In this document: in pieces, positions 63,401 to 64,000 of the stretch
Numbering within the stretch: the first letter of the stretch is position 1
How the letters are laid out: each line of letters opens with the position of its first letter
Assembly: GCF_018350175.1 (NCBI RefSeq)
Contig: NC_058373.1
Location: 110,362,001-110,426,000 of the forward strand
Source of the DNA: Felis catus
Lineage: Eukaryota
Direction: 5' to 3'
DNA: 64,000 nt
The notes under the pieces: generated by a model
Databases searched by the model: none
Told to the model about the DNA's origin: nothing
What the model saw: only the letters and a program-made list of their open reading frames with translations
Made by a program: the position numbers and the translations under genes

Positions 63401-64000
63401 ATAGAAGTGTGTGTGTAATATGGTCTCTCCCTCTGGCTAAATGGAAAGGATTTTAAAACATAAACTCACAATCTCAGACCATTTATTTCAGATTACTGGG
63501 CCAATCAATTTAACTGTGAGAGACGGATTTGACATTCTTGTCAGAAAGAACTGAAAGTATAATTTAACGATTAAAGTTATTTGAATGCACATTTATGTTC
63601 CTTCCTGGCAATGTTTCTCTTCTACTTATACATTTGTCCATGGAATCAAATCCAGGTTTGAAACACCTATAATTATCCTATAGCAGATCTGTCTGTAAAC
63701 TGCCTTCGAAGAATTAAACTACCATATTTTATTTGTCAAATAAACTTTTATTTATAAATACTCACAAATATAAATGAGGGCAAATCTGTTGCTATAATAG
63801 AAGTAGTCTGCTCTAAATCAATCTTAAAATATTTCCACATATTCAGAAGTTGTATTCACCAAGCATCTCAGGCCACTGAATATAAGTAAGACTTGCCAAA
63901 TGGACAACAATGGTCTTACAGTAATAGGCATGAAATTATTTTATCTTGTCAAAAAAATGATTTGGACGCAATACCTTAGCAAGACATAAGCCACACACTA

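Noticed and set aside
50100..64000. Distal ESR2 exon 0K or a neighbouring gene
   Set aside because: No second clear CpG island or recognisable exon; probably beyond the right edge
1..64000. CRISPR arrays, operons, tRNA or rRNA genes
   Set aside because: Mammalian DNA; the tRNA-like A/B boxes all belong to SINEs

Overview
Mammalian genomic DNA, almost certainly felid given the young cat-type CanSINEs. The window holds the 5' two-thirds of ESR2 (estrogen receptor beta) on the minus strand: a CpG-island promoter with non-coding exon 0N (~48.7-49.0 kb) and five coding exons of 362 (coding), 173, 117, 300 and 139 nt, all with AG/GT boundaries and consistent phase. The last exons lie beyond the left edge. 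Introns are filled with about 50 CanSINEs, several L1s, MaLR/ERVL LTRs, MIRs and microsatellites. I found no wholly new biological system. The best leads are: an in-frame 54-nt cassette resembling the rodent ERbeta2/ERbeta-ins exon; an in-frame upstream ATG giving a rodent-like 19-aa N-terminal extension; a tailless U4 snRNA retrocopy with a perfect 17-bp TSD; a TSD-flanked L1 with only 5'UTR+ORF1; a 241-bp ~95% identical local inverted duplication; a tiny polyadenylated retrocopy of unknown origin; and convergent CTCF motifs. Reference sequences (rodent/human ESR2, U4, repeat families) are recalled from memory and need alignment to confirm. Repeat boundaries are approximate.
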